A stretch of DNA of 64,000 bases from Bacteroidales bacterium (lineage in GTDB: Bacteria > Bacteroidota > Bacteroidia > Bacteroidales > CAIWKO01), in the NCBI GenBank assembly GCA_023228145.1, contig JALOBU010000002.1, forward strand, positions 19,218-83,217, in the 5' to 3' direction. Numbering within the stretch: the stretch's first letter is position 1; each line of letters opens with the position of its first letter. The notes beneath the pieces were generated by a model. That model searched no databases. It saw only the letters and a list, made by a program, of their open reading frames with translations, and was not told where the DNA came from. Positions 52,090 to 62,565 of this stretch are shown here, one piece after another. Both the position numbers and the translations under genes were made by a program.

Positions 52090-52773
52090 TCAGAATGAAA
52101 CGCCAAGCTGGACTTCAAATCCCCTGAAATTAAGCCTGGTTCCTGGAAATTCTATATATTTTGTTTCCACAGTGTTTTGAAGTACTCCCCCCGTATAAGT
52201 TCCTTTTAAATCCAGTTTGCTTCCACCCAAATAATAGCCAAGCCCGGGGCTTATTGCAAGATTATCGTTTATCCATATCGTAACAGTCAACCCAAAAATA
52301 AATCCGTGTGAAATATTGTTTTTGTATGTAAAATCTGAAGAGCAAGCATCCCAGCCTTCATATTTCTGCAACATACGGTTCAGGTTTTCATAATTTATTT
52401 TTTGAAAGAACTGATAAGCGCCAAAATATCCGGCTCCTATATCAATGTCAACATTTCTGACAGGTATAGATAAGGCAGGCATAAAACTCAACGCCAAAGC
52501 ATAAAAGGGCCCCATCAGAGGCTTGGAATTATCGAAGCCCGGAGGGATGCCATTCACCGACATACCACCAATTGAATAAATAGAACCTGTTGGAATAAGT
52601 TTTAAATACTTAACGGGTTGAACAGGATAACTATAATAAAATGGCGCAACAGGGAATGAAAATGCACCTTTTTCAGGAAAGAAATAAGCCACTCCCAATT
52701 GCCCCTTAGCAATTAAAGAGAACATGATACCTATGCAAAAAAAAACTATAGATTTTATGAAACCTGCATTCAT
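52090..52773 (-). CDS. Putative outer-membrane beta-barrel protein
   Basis: Signal peptide; amphipathic strands; C-terminal GFEVQLGVSF. Confidence 0.7.
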   Translation of the reverse strand: MNAGFIKSIVFFCIGIMFSLIAKGQLGVAYFFPEKGAFSFPVAPFYYSYPVQPVKYLKLIPTGSIYSIGGMSVNGIPPGFDNSKPLMGPFYALALSFMPALSIPVRNVDIDIGAGYFGAYQFFQKINYENLNRMLQKYEGWDACSSDFTYKNNISHGFIFGLTVTIWINDNLAISPGLGYYLGGSKLDLKGTYTGGVLQNTVETKYIEFPGTRLNFRGFEVQLGVSF

Positions 52774-52776
52774 TAT

Positions 52777-53448
52777 TTATTGATAATTTCGTTCGCCGAA
52801 TATTGCTGTTCCGACTCGTACAATTGTTGACCCTTCTTCAATGGCAATTTTAAAATCACTGCTCATCCCCATCGAAATTTCTTGAAATGTTACAACATTA
52901 GTAAAATACGTTAATTTCAATTCATCAAAACAACGCTTCAGTGTTTTAAACTCATTTCTGACAATTTTTTCATCATCTACAAAACTTGCCATTCCCATTA
53001 CACCGCATATACGGATGTTTTTCATTTTAATAAAATCTTCAGAAGTCATGATTTCATGAGCGTCATTTATTGACAATCCGAATTTACTTTCCTCTGAAGC
53101 AATATGAAATTCAAACAAACAATCAATCATGCGGTTATTTTTCAGGGCTTCTTTATTAATTTCGGTCAGTAGTTTTAAACTGTCCACGCTGTGAATACAT
53201 GAAATAAAAGGGGCAATGTATTTAACTTTATTGGTTTGCAGATGCCCTATCATGTGCCATTCGATATCCGAAGGCAAGTGCGGCTGTTTCTCAATTAATT
53301 CCTGCACCCGGTTTTCGCCAAATATCCGCTGGCCTGCATAATAAGCTTCAAAAATTCTTTTCACCGGTTGTTTTTTTGAAACAGCAAGTAACTTCACATC
53401 CGAAGGAATTTGTTTTAATACAATTTCTATGTTATCTGAAATTTTCAT
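52777..53448 (-). CDS. yggS: PLP homeostasis protein
   Basis: LAVSK, FGENRVQE, WHMIGHLQTNK, SMGMSSD, VRVGTAIFG. Start reassigned to 53448. Confidence 0.95.
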   Translation of the reverse strand: MKISDNIEIVLKQIPSDVKLLAVSKKQPVKRIFEAYYAGQRIFGENRVQELIEKQPHLPSDIEWHMIGHLQTNKVKYIAPFISCIHSVDSLKLLTEINKEALKNNRMIDCLFEFHIASEESKFGLSINDAHEIMTSEDFIKMKNIRICGVMGMASFVDDEKIVRNEFKTLKRCFDELKLTYFTNVVTFQEISMGMSSDFKIAIEEGSTIVRVGTAIFGERNYQ

Positions 53449-53538
53449 AAAATATGAGGGTAAAAATACAAATTTAAAATTCAGATTATGCATTAAAAAA
53501 CAATAGAGAAGTGTTAGAAATTTCGCATCATGAAATAC

Positions 53539-54357
53539 TTACACTGCTACATTAAAATCTCTCAAACATTCGTTTAATGAGGTTTTAAGATTAGTTGATT
53601 CTTTTCGTTTGCCAATAATCAACGCGCAAGTTATTGGATATTTCCCAGCAGGAAATTCTTTCAGATAAGTACCAGGAATAACTACAGAGCGTTCAGGAAT
53701 AACTCCATGATATTCTAATGGTTCGCTGCCGCTAACATCAATTATTTTTGTAGAGTTTGTAATCACAACATTGGCCCCCAGCACAGCTTCTTTTTTTACA
53801 TGCACGCCTTCCACAACAATGCTACGGGAGCCAATAAAGCAATTATTTTCAATGATAACGGGCGATGCCTGAACAGGCTCCAAAACGCCCCCAATGCCCA
53901 CGCCACCACTCAGGTGTACATTTTTGCCTATTTGAGCACATGAACCGACAGTGGCCCAAGTATCCACCATAGTTCCACTATCCACATAAGCACCGATATT
54001 TACATAAGAGGGCATCATCACCACGCCGGATGCCAGATAAGAACCATAGCGGGCAATAGCATGCGGAACCACACGGATGCCTAATTCACGATAGTTTTTT
54101 TTCAAAGGTATTTTATCATTAAACTCCAGCGGACCCGCTTCTGAAACCTGCATCTGTTGAATCGGAAAATACAGTAAAACTGCTTTCTTTACCCATTCAT
54201 TTAATTTCCAGTTTCCCTCCATAGGTTCACTAACTCTTAACTTACCCTTATCAAGAAGCTCAATGGTTTTGCGAATGGCATCACAGGTGCTGTCATCCTT
54301 GAGAAAATCGCGATTATCCCAGGAAGTTTCAACCTTTTTTATTAATTCTGAATACAT
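53539..54357 (-). CDS. dapD: Tetrahydrodipicolinate N-succinyltransferase
   Basis: WVKKAVLL, DKIPLK, MPSYVNIGAYV, GSCAQIG, GIGGVLEP. Confidence 0.95.
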   Translation of the reverse strand: MYSELIKKVETSWDNRDFLKDDSTCDAIRKTIELLDKGKLRVSEPMEGNWKLNEWVKKAVLLYFPIQQMQVSEAGPLEFNDKIPLKKNYRELGIRVVPHAIARYGSYLASGVVMMPSYVNIGAYVDSGTMVDTWATVGSCAQIGKNVHLSGGVGIGGVLEPVQASPVIIENNCFIGSRSIVVEGVHVKKEAVLGANVVITNSTKIIDVSGSEPLEYHGVIPERSVVIPGTYLKEFPAGKYPITCALIIGKRKESTNLKTSLNECLRDFNVAV

Positions 54358-54595
54358 ACATTAATTGGAATTAAGTTGTGTTCAAAGTTAGGGAAAATTT
54401 GTATTTGTTTAATAGCATAATTAACCAATCAAAAAAAGCAATGATTATGGATTTTTATTTTTTGTTACCACTTTTAAATTTTTCGCAAACCGCAGGGATG
54501 TATAATAAGATAAATCAAAGCTTTGAGGCAAAACCTTTTGGAGAAAAAGAAAATGTAAAATCTTAAAAAAATTGTAATTTTGCAAACCACAGATT

Positions 54596-55009
54596 ATGGG
54601 ACGCATATTAGCTATAGATTACGGACAAAAGAGAGCAGGCATCGCAGTTACCGATGAATTGAAAATTATTGCCAACGGGCTTACCACGGTTAGCAGCCAT
54701 GAAATTATATCTTTTCTGAAAAAATATTTATCAGAAGAAAGCGTTGAATGTATTGTAGTTGGGAAACCTTTACAAATGGATAACTCTCCATCCGAATCCG
54801 AAAAATACATCTCAATATTTATTTCATCAGTTAAAAAGGTATTCCCAGACATTCCGCTGGTCAGAATCGATGAACGGTTCACTTCTAAAATGGCATTTCA
54901 AACCATGCTTGATTCGGGTATTAGTAAAAAAAAGCGCCGCAACAAAGCACTTATAGATACCATCAGCGCTACTATAATTCTGCAATCATATCTTGAAACA
55001 ATTAAGTAA
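54596..55009 (+). CDS. ruvX: YqgF/RuvX RNase H-like nuclease
   Basis: ILAIDYGQKRAGIA, DERFTS, IDTISATIILQSYL. Confidence 0.95.
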   Translation: MGRILAIDYGQKRAGIAVTDELKIIANGLTTVSSHEIISFLKKYLSEESVECIVVGKPLQMDNSPSESEKYISIFISSVKKVFPDIPLVRIDERFTSKMAFQTMLDSGISKKKRRNKALIDTISATIILQSYLETIK

Positions 55010-55016
55010 AGAACTT

Positions 55017-55589
55017 ATGAAATTACCTGTACTTGCTTTCGGAACAGCTTCGCTGAAAAATAAATCAGAATCTATTGACAAAGATTTTCCGGAATTGAAA
55101 CAACTAATCGAAAACATGTTTGAAACCATGTATGGCTCTGCCGGTGTAGGGCTTGCAGCGCCTCAAATCGGAAAAAATATCCGTCTGTTCATTGTTGACA
55201 CCAGCCCTTTTGGAGATGATTATCCCGACGGAAAAGATTTTAAAAGAGTATTTATTAACGCACAAATTACTCACAGAACCGGTGACGAATGGGCTTTTAA
55301 TGAAGGATGCTTATGCATTCCGGAAGTTCGGGAGGATGTGATGCGTCCACCCACCATTACCATCAAGTATTATGATGAAGATTTTAATTTTCATACCGAA
55401 ACTTATTCCGGAATCCGTGCACGGGTTATCCAACATGAATACGACCATATCGAAGGAATTTTGTTCGTTGACAGGCTCAGCCCATTAAAAAAAATGTTGA
55501 TAAAGGGGAAACTATCAGCTATTTCCAAAGGATTGGTAGCAACCAAGTATAAAATGATTTACCCTCAATTAAAAAAACAAATAATCTAA
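55017..55589 (+). CDS. def: Peptide deformylase (housekeeping)
   Basis: GVGLAAPQ, EGCLCIP, QHEYDH; follows ruvX. Confidence 0.95.
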   Translation: MKLPVLAFGTASLKNKSESIDKDFPELKQLIENMFETMYGSAGVGLAAPQIGKNIRLFIVDTSPFGDDYPDGKDFKRVFINAQITHRTGDEWAFNEGCLCIPEVREDVMRPPTITIKYYDEDFNFHTETYSGIRARVIQHEYDHIEGILFVDRLSPLKKMLIKGKLSAISKGLVATKYKMIYPQLKKQII

Positions 55590-55600
55590 GAATACAAACT

Positions 55601-56155
55601 ATGAAAACATTAAAAACTTTAACATTACTTCTAATTGTTTTAATTTTTGCGTCCTGCCAACCTTCAAAAGATAAAGTGGTAAGGGACATTACAGAAAAGG
55701 AAAAAACCATTTATAGCGGAACAAATCCCATTCCTGACAAAACCAAAGTTGAGGAGTTAATCACCCTTTATAAGAAATTTGCCGAAGAATTTTCTGATGA
55801 CTCCCTGGCTCCGGAATACCTATACAAAGGGGCTACTTTATTAATGAATAGTGAACAAAATGACGAAGCCATAAATCTCTTAGACAGAATTTTCAAAGAT
55901 TATCCATCATTCAATAAGCTCCCTGAGGCATTGTTTCTCAAAGCATTTATTTACGAAAACAATATAAAAAACATCAACAAAGCTAGGGAAGCTTACAAAG
56001 ATTTTCTTAATAAATACCCCGACAGCGACCTGGCTGATGACGCAAAGATATCGTTGGAAAACCTGGGAAAAACTCCAGAACAAATTATTAAGGAATTTGA
56101 ACAAAAAATGAAGCAGCAGGAAGATTCGCTTGCAGCAGCTACAGCAAAAAAATAA
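55601..56155 (+). CDS. Tetratricopeptide-repeat lipoprotein
   Basis: Lipobox FASC; APEYLYK, PEALFLKAFIYE, FLNKYPDS. Confidence 0.85.
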   Translation: MKTLKTLTLLLIVLIFASCQPSKDKVVRDITEKEKTIYSGTNPIPDKTKVEELITLYKKFAEEFSDDSLAPEYLYKGATLLMNSEQNDEAINLLDRIFKDYPSFNKLPEALFLKAFIYENNIKNINKAREAYKDFLNKYPDSDLADDAKISLENLGKTPEQIIKEFEQKMKQQEDSLAAATAKK

Positions 56156-56613
56156 TGCCAGACAAAAAATCAGAACGATATGAGAGACTGTACCTGCAAG
56201 CATTTGAATTGCTTACAAAATGCAAGGACGTTACTGCACAAATGGCCACAGTTACAGCTATTCTTTTTAACAAAATGGACACTTTTTTCTGGTGTGGTTT
56301 TTATAAAGTGGAACCTGACAATCTCGTTGTAGTTACATATCAGGGGCCGCTTGCATGCCAGTTGTTACCCAAAAACAAAGGAGTTTGTTGGGCTACTGTG
56401 AACAAAAATGAAACTATCATTGTTCCTGATGTTCATGCTTTCCCGGGGCATATTGCCTGTGATTCAAGGTCAAAATCTGAAATAGTTGTCCCGTTGAAAG
56501 ATAAAAAAGGTAAAATTATCGCTGTTCTTGACGTGGACAGCAAAGAATTAAATACTTTTGACGAGACTGACAAAAAATACCTTGAAAAGATTGTGAGCCT
56601 GATAAATATATAA
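56155..56613 (+). CDS. msrC: GAF-domain free methionine-R-sulfoxide reductase (MsrC/YebR-like)
   Basis: WCGFY, YQGPLAC, GVCW, VPDVHAFPGHIACD, SEIVVP, VLDVDS. Confidence 0.85.
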   Translation: MPDKKSERYERLYLQAFELLTKCKDVTAQMATVTAILFNKMDTFFWCGFYKVEPDNLVVVTYQGPLACQLLPKNKGVCWATVNKNETIIVPDVHAFPGHIACDSRSKSEIVVPLKDKKGKIIAVLDVDSKELNTFDETDKKYLEKIVSLINI

Positions 56614-56618
56614 CAATA

Positions 56619-57410
56619 TCAGGCAAATTCCATCTCAAGAAAAACTTTTAATGCTTCGGATTTAATTTTTGTATATAAGGTCCCATTTTTAGCATAAGCT
56701 ATGTTACCTGTTTGCTCAGATACCACTATGGTGATTGAATCAGAAATTTCTGAAATTCCAACAGCTGCCCGATGCCTTAACCCTAATGAAGATGGGAAAT
56801 TTTCGCTTCTTGTTAAGGGCAAAACACATCTTGCAGCTTTAATCCTATTGCCAACAATAACAATAGCGCCATCATGCAAAGGACTGTTTTTGAAAAATAT
56901 ATTTTCTATTAGTTGTTCTGTAATTTTCGAGTCTATTAACTCCCCTGTATTGACAAATTCATCAAGGTTGCTTCGTTTGGCAAGCACAATCAGGGCTCCG
57001 GTTTTTGTATCTGCCATTCTCTTACATGTTCTGACGATTGTTTCAATATTAACTAAACTCCCCTGTCTAACATTCATTTTCAGAAAAGTCAGCCATTTCT
57101 TCCTGCGTGATAAAAAACGAGGTGTCCCTATCATTAATAAAAATTGTCTTATTTCTCGCTGAAAAACTACAATAAGCGCAATGACACCCACACTCACAAA
57201 CTGTCCGAGAATTTCAGACAGCAAGTCCATTTGCAGCATATTCACAAGTTTCCAGAGAAAATAAATCGAAACAATTCCCAAAAAAATATTTATGGCTGCT
57301 GTCCCCTTCATCAGGCGGTATAAATTATAAATCAACACAGCCACCAACAATATATCAATAACATCTGTTACCCTCAAGGACAAAAAATCGGCAATAAACA
57401 GGATAATCAT
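56619..57410 (-). CDS. dacA: Diadenylate cyclase (CdaA/DacA)
   Basis: Three N-terminal TMs; FQREIR, PLHDGA, GLRHRAA, VSEQTG. Confidence 0.93.
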   Translation of the reverse strand: MIILFIADFLSLRVTDVIDILLVAVLIYNLYRLMKGTAAINIFLGIVSIYFLWKLVNMLQMDLLSEILGQFVSVGVIALIVVFQREIRQFLLMIGTPRFLSRRKKWLTFLKMNVRQGSLVNIETIVRTCKRMADTKTGALIVLAKRSNLDEFVNTGELIDSKITEQLIENIFFKNSPLHDGAIVIVGNRIKAARCVLPLTRSENFPSSLGLRHRAAVGISEISDSITIVVSEQTGNIAYAKNGTLYTKIKSEALKVFLEMEFA

Positions 57411-57590
57411 TTCATTTTTTTTACAAAAATACGTCTTTTCATGTTATTGAAATATAAAGGTGGTAATAATGAATATCTATGAATTATATATTGCTTTTTT
57501 CACAACCAAATATTTTTTATTATTCTGAATTTTTTTTTAATATCTTTGGTACATAAAAATTAATCATTTATCAATCATAGAATACATGAA

Positions 57591-58256
57591 ATGAATAAAT
57601 TTAAAGCTTCTCTTTTTATCGTATTTATTACATACTTATTTTTTAATCATAAATCATTTTCGCAAAACACCAGCAATCTATTCACTAAAGAAAATAGCAT
57701 TATTAATAATAAAGATAAGGAAAAAGTTGAAGCAAATTTTATCGCTAGTGACTCAATTATTTGTGCTGGCCATTATGTTACATTTACAAACCTTTCACCT
57801 AGTGGAAATAAGTTTATTTGGTATTTTGAAGGAGGGCAGCCCGATTCATCTTTTGTAAAAAACCCCCCGGTGATTTATTACTTTTATCCAGGAAGTTATA
57901 CAGTAAGCTTAACGGCTATTCAAAGTAATGATACCAATACATTAATAAAGCCCAAGTACATATATGTTGAAGATTGTAGTGAAAAATTTGTTTTTATACC
58001 AAACATATTCACACCTAATGAAGATGGTATAAATGATGTCATTTTCATTAAAGGGCCTGATATTGTTGAAGCACATATGTTTATTTTTGACCGCTGGGGA
58101 AAAAAAGTTTATGAAATTCATAACCTGTCACAAGTCTGGGATGGTGAAATTAATGGTCAAAAGGCAGAGCAAGGAACTTATGTTTATTACATAAACTTAA
58201 TATTCAAGGATGGAGATACACAAATTAAAAAAGGTAATTTTACATTAATACGATAA
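57591..58256 (+). CDS. Small PKD-domain T9SS type-B cargo
   Basis: WYFEGG..PGSYTVSL; FIPNIFTPNEDGIND..FDRWG..GNFTLIR. Confidence 0.88.
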   Translation: MNKFKASLFIVFITYLFFNHKSFSQNTSNLFTKENSIINNKDKEKVEANFIASDSIICAGHYVTFTNLSPSGNKFIWYFEGGQPDSSFVKNPPVIYYFYPGSYTVSLTAIQSNDTNTLIKPKYIYVEDCSEKFVFIPNIFTPNEDGINDVIFIKGPDIVEAHMFIFDRWGKKVYEIHNLSQVWDGEINGQKAEQGTYVYYINLIFKDGDTQIKKGNFTLIR

Positions 58257-58266
58257 GTTGTTAGAT

Positions 58267-59310
58267 ATGAAGAAAATATTATCCCTTATCCCAATACTTA
58301 TTATTTTACATGTAAATCTGTTTGGCCAGGATGTTCATTTTACACAACTTAACAGCGCTCCGCTGATGACGAACCCTGCCCTAACCGGTGCTTTCAGTGC
58401 AAATCACAGAATTATTGTCAATTACAGAAGCCAATGGAGAAATGTTACCGATTCTTATATGACATACGGCCTGTCATACGACTTAGGTTTTCTTAAAAAG
58501 GAACTTAAAAGAAGTTTTCTTGCATTAGGAATACAGTTTTTCAACGACCAATCGGGAGATATTAAATTAGGGTTAACTCATATTAATCTTTCAATAGCGT
58601 ATCACCTATCTGCAAATATGCATAATGTCTTGGCTGTAGGGTTACAAGGAGGATGGTACGAGAAAAGACTTAATGTAAAGAATATGATTTTTGGGAACCA
58701 ATATGATGCTAGTTCACTAGGAGGTTATAATCCTGCACTACCTCATGGTGAAAGTATGCCTTTTATAAACATTGATTATGGTGATTTTTCAGCAGGTATT
58801 TTGTGGTCATACAACTCCAGAAAATCCACAGTTAATACTCCTGAAACAAAAAAAGTAAGCGTTGGATTGGCATTATTTCATATCAACAGGCCTAGACAAA
58901 CATTTTCTAACTCATTAACCGAAAGGCTTTATATGAAATTTGCTTACCACATTAACTCATCAATAGGATTTAAAAATAGCAGATTCTTTTTATTGCCTTC
59001 AACTGCAGGCTTTTTCCAGGGGCCTACCTACGATGTCGTTTTTGGCAACTTGTTCGGAGTAAGGTTGAAAAAAATATCCTATTATACTGATTTTAACCCT
59101 GAAACGTCAATCGCTATTGGTGCACATTACCGCATTAAAGATGCTATTATTATTATGGGCCAGCTTGACTGGAAGAATTTTCTTTTCTGCTTAAGTTATG
59201 ACATCAATACTTCAAAATTATATAATGCCAGTAAAGGTGCCGGAGGATTTGAGGTATCAATAAGGTTTATGGCGCCAGTTTCTAATGCCGGCAAAAAAAA
59301 TCTTTATTAA
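58267..59310 (+). CDS. PorP/SprF family T9SS membrane protein
   Basis: QDVHFTQ, NPALTG, NYRSQW, HINRP, SYDIN, GGFEVS. Confidence 0.93.
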   Translation: MKKILSLIPILIILHVNLFGQDVHFTQLNSAPLMTNPALTGAFSANHRIIVNYRSQWRNVTDSYMTYGLSYDLGFLKKELKRSFLALGIQFFNDQSGDIKLGLTHINLSIAYHLSANMHNVLAVGLQGGWYEKRLNVKNMIFGNQYDASSLGGYNPALPHGESMPFINIDYGDFSAGILWSYNSRKSTVNTPETKKVSVGLALFHINRPRQTFSNSLTERLYMKFAYHINSSIGFKNSRFFLLPSTAGFFQGPTYDVVFGNLFGVRLKKISYYTDFNPETSIAIGAHYRIKDAIIIMGQLDWKNFLFCLSYDINTSKLYNASKGAGGFEVSIRFMAPVSNAGKKNLY

Positions 59311-59442
59311 ATATAATGTTAAATATACTGCTTAATAACTGTTAATTTTGTAATAATTCAATAAATATTTGCCATCCACATAAAATGTTATTATATTAGC
59401 ATAAATTTTAAAATAAAGATTAGATAAACAAAATCCACAGTT

Positions 59443-62400
59443 ATGACTAATATATTTAAATCCTGTCCTTTAGGTCTGGTAATTATTGCTTTGATATTTT
59501 CTTTGCAAATATCTGCTCAAACAACATTCCAGAAGCAATACCAGATTGGCCAGTTCCACCATTTTACAGAGTGTGTTCAGCAAACAGACGACTTGGGGTA
59601 TATTTTTCAGGGATGGAAACTGGATGTTAGTTTCCCTCTTATGAAAATGACTCTTGTCAAAACCGATACTCTGGGAAATGTTGAATGGCAAAAAGACTAT
59701 TGTAAGTGCATTACAAACCCTCCTTTGTGTTTATCCTGTGGGGCAGCTTCAATTATGGGAGGATGTATACAACAAACCAACGACGGGGGCTTTATCATGT
59801 CGGGCAGCGCTGACGATAAAATGCTATTGGTGAAAACTGATGGCTACGGAAATGTCACATGGGCAAAAACATATGGTTCTGGTTCCTACGGGAAATATGT
59901 CAGACAAACAGCAGACTATGGATATATATGCGTTGGCTATTCGGGCAGCAATATTTTTATTGTAAAAACTGATGCAAGTGGAACCTTGCAATGGGACAGA
60001 GCATATCAATTAAGCCCTAATTATAATGATGCGGCTATGGATGTTGACCAAATAAACAGCGGCGATTTTATTGTAACCGGATATTCAACCACAATATTTA
60101 ATCCTGGACCCAGCGCCGATACTACAACAGATATAGTCCTTTTAAAACTAAATTCCTCCGGGACATTACAATGGATAAGAACATACGGTCAGGATTCGGA
60201 AAGCGAAGAAGGCCATGCTGTTAGTAAAACAAGTGATGGGGGTTATATCGTAACGGGGCATACATCTCAAACCGGCTCAGGACTCAGTGCTGCCGATGTT
60301 TTCATTTGGAAATTCAGTTCTTCTGATTCTCCTCAATTTCAATACAGCTATAAAGTTGGCGGTTTCCTGTCACTGGATATCAGCTTTGGTTATGCCGGGC
60401 AACAAACATCAGACGGTGGTTATGCACTGTTTGGAGTCACTACGGGGTTTGGTTTGACAAGCATCTCCTATTTCAGCAACTTTATGTTAAAACTTAACAA
60501 CATAGCAGATATTGAATTCTGTATGTCTTATAAAGACTCTGTTTCAGGAGCTCCCATAAGCATGGGCTATTCTATCTGGAATGATGGCAAGCAATTGGCC
60601 GATGGCGGATATCTGCTGGGCGGTTGCGGTATCCTGAACTCCGGAATAGGACTTGGCCATAAGCTAATCAAAACGAACAGTTACGGCTCCAGCGGGTGCA
60701 GCGAAAATACTATTTATCCCACAAGATATAACTTTGCTCCTGCTGCCGAAAACCAATCTCCAACAAATCTTGCTACAGGCTCTTCCGACAATATCAATAT
60801 GTTTGTCAGTGACCCCGGAATAACTGAAGAAACAGTTTGTATTTTTACTCCTTTGATTGTTGATGCAGGCATGGATTACAGCATGTGTGAAAACACCACT
60901 TCCTGGTTAGGTTGGTCTCCCACAGCCAGCGGAGGAACCGGGACTTATTCCTATTCCTGGCAGCCGACAACTTATCTGGATGACCCCTACTCAGCAAACC
61001 CTGCAATTACACCAATGGCTGAAGGCACTTATACTTATACAGTAACTGTTACAAGCGGAAGCCAGACCGGCACCGACGATATCACTATTACTGTGCTTCC
61101 CGCTCCCGATGCCACTCTGGAGCCTTTTGAAAATATTTGCATCAGTTCCGACCCTTTTACCATTAGCGGAGGAAGCCCCACCGGAGGCAATTATTATATA
61201 GATGGAGTTATTGGAACCACATTCAACCCTGCAACAGCTGGCTTGGGGACACACATCATTTCATATATTTTGATTGGCGGCAACGGATGCACCGATACAG
61301 CTTTTCAGGAAATCATTGTTTATGACCCCAATCCCGATATAACTCCCGCAGGGCCTTATTGCTCCGACGACCCTGCCGATACACTACAGGCTGCCAGCCC
61401 CGGAGGAATGTGGTCAGGAGTGGGTATCACCGACCCTTATTTCGGAGTTTTTAACCCTTCTGTAGCAGGCCTGGGAACACACTGGATTAAATACGGATTC
61501 CCTTCACCCTGCCTGGCTTACGACTCTATACAAATTACTGTTATACAAGCAGCAAATGCCACTATTTACTGGCCAGGACTCCTGTGTGTGTTCGATGCCC
61601 TTGATACATTGACTGCCTATGACCCAGATGGAATATGGTCAGGGGATCATATTGTTAATGCTACTACAGGAACCTTTTCACCAAGCACTGCAGGAATAGG
61701 ATCCCATCAGATCATTTACACCATAAGCGGGCAGTGTGGCGATGCCGATACTCTTAATGTTATTGTTGCAGGTCAACTTAGTGCAACCATCACAGACATA
61801 TCGCCTTTATGCTCCAATGCACTACCGGTAACACTTGTTGCTGTTGACTCAAGCGGTATATGGACAGGTTTGGGAATTACAAATCCTGTTTTGGGTATTT
61901 TCACTCCCGATACAGCAGGGGCAGGAACTCATCTTATTATTTATACCATTCCTGGAAGTTGCGGAGATAAAGATTCTACTTATATCACAATATATTCCTC
62001 ACCCGCTCTGGCAGCATCCATATCAAACGAAAGTTGTACTGGCGCGAACGATGGCTCCGTTAAAGTAACAATAACCGGGGGCACACCGCTTTTTGAAATT
62101 GCTTGGGATGGTGATACAAGCTCACAGTCAGGAAATACATTTAACAAAACAACTCTTAACCCTGGCGAATATTTTATTGCCGTTTCCGACTCAAACGGAT
62201 GCAAGGATACAGTTACATACAAAGTGCTTGCCTCTGACATTAACTGCTCCATTTATATTCCAAATATTTTCTCACCAAACGGAGACGGCGCAAATGATAT
62301 ATTTGTTGTAAGAGGGCTCAGACCGGGAGATGTAAAAGAAATTAAACTGGCTATTTATGACAGGTGGGGCGAAAATGTATATATTTCTGAAAATGCTGTT

Positions 62401-62538
62401 GAAATTCTTGAAATCGGATGGGACGGCAAATACAAAAACAAAGAAATGAATACTGCGGTATTTGCATACTATTTTAAAGTGGTGCTTAATAATGATGAAA
62501 CTGTTGTTCGTAAAGGGAATGTTACAATTGTCAGATAA
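59443..62538 (+). CDS. T9SS type-B cargo: beta-propeller, Ig-like repeats, SprB-like repeat, CHU_C C-terminal domain
   Basis: QTxDGGY/KTD..G...W repeats; FxPxxAGxGxH repeats; IPNIFSPNGDGAND..YDRWG..GNVTIVR. Confidence 0.9.
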   Translation: MTNIFKSCPLGLVIIALIFSLQISAQTTFQKQYQIGQFHHFTECVQQTDDLGYIFQGWKLDVSFPLMKMTLVKTDTLGNVEWQKDYCKCITNPPLCLSCGAASIMGGCIQQTNDGGFIMSGSADDKMLLVKTDGYGNVTWAKTYGSGSYGKYVRQTADYGYICVGYSGSNIFIVKTDASGTLQWDRAYQLSPNYNDAAMDVDQINSGDFIVTGYSTTIFNPGPSADTTTDIVLLKLNSSGTLQWIRTYGQDSESEEGHAVSKTSDGGYIVTGHTSQTGSGLSAADVFIWKFSSSDSPQFQYSYKVGGFLSLDISFGYAGQQTSDGGYALFGVTTGFGLTSISYFSNFMLKLNNIADIEFCMSYKDSVSGAPISMGYSIWNDGKQLADGGYLLGGCGILNSGIGLGHKLIKTNSYGSSGCSENTIYPTRYNFAPAAENQSPTNLATGSSDNINMFVSDPGITEETVCIFTPLIVDAGMDYSMCENTTSWLGWSPTASGGTGTYSYSWQPTTYLDDPYSANPAITPMAEGTYTYTVTVTSGSQTGTDDITITVLPAPDATLEPFENICISSDPFTISGGSPTGGNYYIDGVIGTTFNPATAGLGTHIISYILIGGNGCTDTAFQEIIVYDPNPDITPAGPYCSDDPADTLQAASPGGMWSGVGITDPYFGVFNPSVAGLGTHWIKYGFPSPCLAYDSIQITVIQAANATIYWPGLLCVFDALDTLTAYDPDGIWSGDHIVNATTGTFSPSTAGIGSHQIIYTISGQCGDADTLNVIVAGQLSATITDISPLCSNALPVTLVAVDSSGIWTGLGITNPVLGIFTPDTAGAGTHLIIYTIPGSCGDKDSTYITIYSSPALAASISNESCTGANDGSVKVTITGGTPLFEIAWDGDTSSQSGNTFNKTTLNPGEYFIAVSDSNGCKDTVTYKVLASDINCSIYIPNIFSPNGDGANDIFVVRGLRPGDVKEIKLAIYDRWGENVYISENAVEILEIGWDGKYKNKEMNTAVFAYYFKVVLNNDETVVRKGNVTIVR
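61090..61995 (+). repeat. Four intragenic ~75-aa Ig-like repeats
   Basis: FNPATAG, FNPSVAG, FSPSTAG and FTPDTAG at 61222, 61450, 61675 and 61900; the outer boundaries are approximate. Confidence 0.75.
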
Positions 62539-62565
62539 TTTATTAATAATTAAAATTCATAGATT

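Noticed and set aside
54378-54566. 62-aa ORF between dapD and ruvX
   Set aside because: GTG start, no motifs, and it occupies a divergent promoter region.
56701-57162. 153-aa plus-strand ORF
   Set aside because: Antisense to the well-supported dacA.
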